Source: Bacteroidales bacterium (GTDB taxonomy: Bacteria > Bacteroidota > Bacteroidia > Bacteroidales > UBA7960). Taken from it: DNA of 55,033 nt. Of this stretch, positions 54,313-55,033 are shown piece after piece (positions within the stretch are counted from its first letter, which is position 1; the number at the start of each line of letters is the position of its first letter). The notes beneath the pieces were generated by a model. It made no database searches. It saw nothing but the letters and a program-made list of their open reading frames with translations, and was not told where the DNA came from. The position numbers were made by a program, and so were the translations under genes. The stretch is from positions 1-55,033 of the forward strand of contig JAWOCF010000114.1 in assembly GCA_046483935.1 (NCBI GenBank), read 5' to 3'.

Positions 54313-55033
54313 ATGAAAGACTTTAAGAATTCCGGTTCCCGGGCCTTTGCCAAAGCCCTTGATTATATCGAAATTGTTGGTAATAAGCTGCCGCATCCGG
54401 CCACCCTGTTTTTTCTGCTGGCAGTAATTGTCATGGTGGTCTCATGGATTGCCTCTGTAACCAACGTACAGGCTTTACATCCTGTAGATGGTACGCTGAT
54501 TACGGTCAACAACCTGGTGAGTGGCGAAGGAATCCGGTGGATTTACAGCAACATCATCAATAACTTCCTGCGATTTCCCCCACTGGGATATGTACTGGTG
54601 GTCATGGTAGGTATCGGGGTGGCCGAGGGTTCAGGACTTTTCACAGTGATGATCCGCTCGCTGGTACTCAGCTCACCCCCGAAATTGATTACCGGTGCTA
54701 TCGTACTGGCCGGCCTGGTCTCGCACCTGGCCTCCGAGGCTGGTTATGTAGTGCTGATTCCCCTGGGAGCGATGATCTTTCATGCCCTGGGCCGGCACCC
54801 CATGGCAGGGCTGGCAGCAGCCTTCTGCGGAGTAAGTGGTGGCTTTGGGGCCAACTTTTTTATCGGCTCGATCGACCCCATCCTGGCCGGTATCAGCGAA
54901 TCAGCCGCGCAAATGATCATGCCCGACATGACGGTGAACCCCGCGGTGAACTATTACTTCATGTTCTTTTCTGCCTTCCTGGTAGTGATAGCAGGCACCT
55001 GGGTGACTGAGAAAATCGTGGAACCCCGTCTGG
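54313..55033 (+). CDS. AbgT family transporter (p-aminobenzoyl-glutamate transporter family), 3'-truncated by the window edge
   Basis: My own translation from the ATG at 54313 gives MKDFKNSGSRAFAKALDYIEIVGNKLPHPATLFFLLAVIVMVVSW...GYVLVVMVGIGVAEGSGLF..., which stays open to the end of the window. The N-terminal pattern (GNKLPHP..LF) is typical of AbgT. It is not in the ORF track because no stop codon is present. Confidence 0.85.
   Translation, partial: MKDFKNSGSRAFAKALDYIEIVGNKLPHPATLFFLLAVIVMVVSWIASVTNVQALHPVDGTLITVNNLVSGEGIRWIYSNIINNFLRFPPLGYVLVVMVGIGVAEGSGLFTVMIRSLVLSSPPKLITGAIVLAGLVSHLASEAGYVVLIPLGAMIFHALGRHPMAGLAAAFCGVSGGFGANFFIGSIDPILAGISESAAQMIMPDMTVNPAVNYYFMFFSAFLVVIAGTWVTEKIVEPRL

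Overview
This is a chromosomal segment from a Bacteroidota genome, and it is mostly housekeeping. The phylum call rests on a type-A T9SS C-terminal sorting domain, SprB-type repeats, a GldB-like lipoprotein, a GlsB/GlsA-like acyltransferase pair, the phylum-typical dcw gene order, and several exact TAnnTTTG -7 promoter boxes. A complete dcw cell-wall/division cluster, mraZ-rsmH-ftsL-ftsI-murE-mraY-murD-ftsW-murG-murC-ftsQ-ftsA-ftsZ, fills about 24.8-40.1 kb on the + strand and is preceded by a clear triple MraZ-box operator. The left third carries:
- rpsU (truncated at the window edge)
- a DPP-IV-type S9 peptidase
- pssA, purS and yraN
- a DUF1206 membrane protein
- an AT-rich MNT/HEPN toxin-antitoxin-like islet
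- a 1-Cys peroxiredoxin
- an orphan sensor kinase
- PPK2
- a GH3-family adenylating enzyme
- a deoxynucleoside kinase
- an HU-like/SPOR protein
- trmB
- an alkyltransferase-like (ATL) protein
- apbC/mrp and a NifU-like protein
- nadE
- an outer-membrane beta-barrel protein
- gldB-like and engB

The right third carries a 1381-aa SprB-repeat T9SS surface protein, an FKBP lipoprotein, an SRAP (YedK-like) protein, an RluB-like pseudouridine synthase with a tandem-repeat N-terminus, an AsmA-like protein, ispE, a second S9 peptidase and a truncated abgT-family transporter. I found no rRNA, tRNA, CRISPR array, transposase, integrase or phage genes. I see no convincing novel multi-gene system, and the window reads as core genome. 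The least explained object is a 110-bp dyad-symmetric array of ten 11-bp phased units, containing a perfect 66-bp palindrome, that sits between two bidirectional terminators downstream of ftsZ. All functional calls come from motif recognition by eye on the supplied translations; no database search or computation was run.
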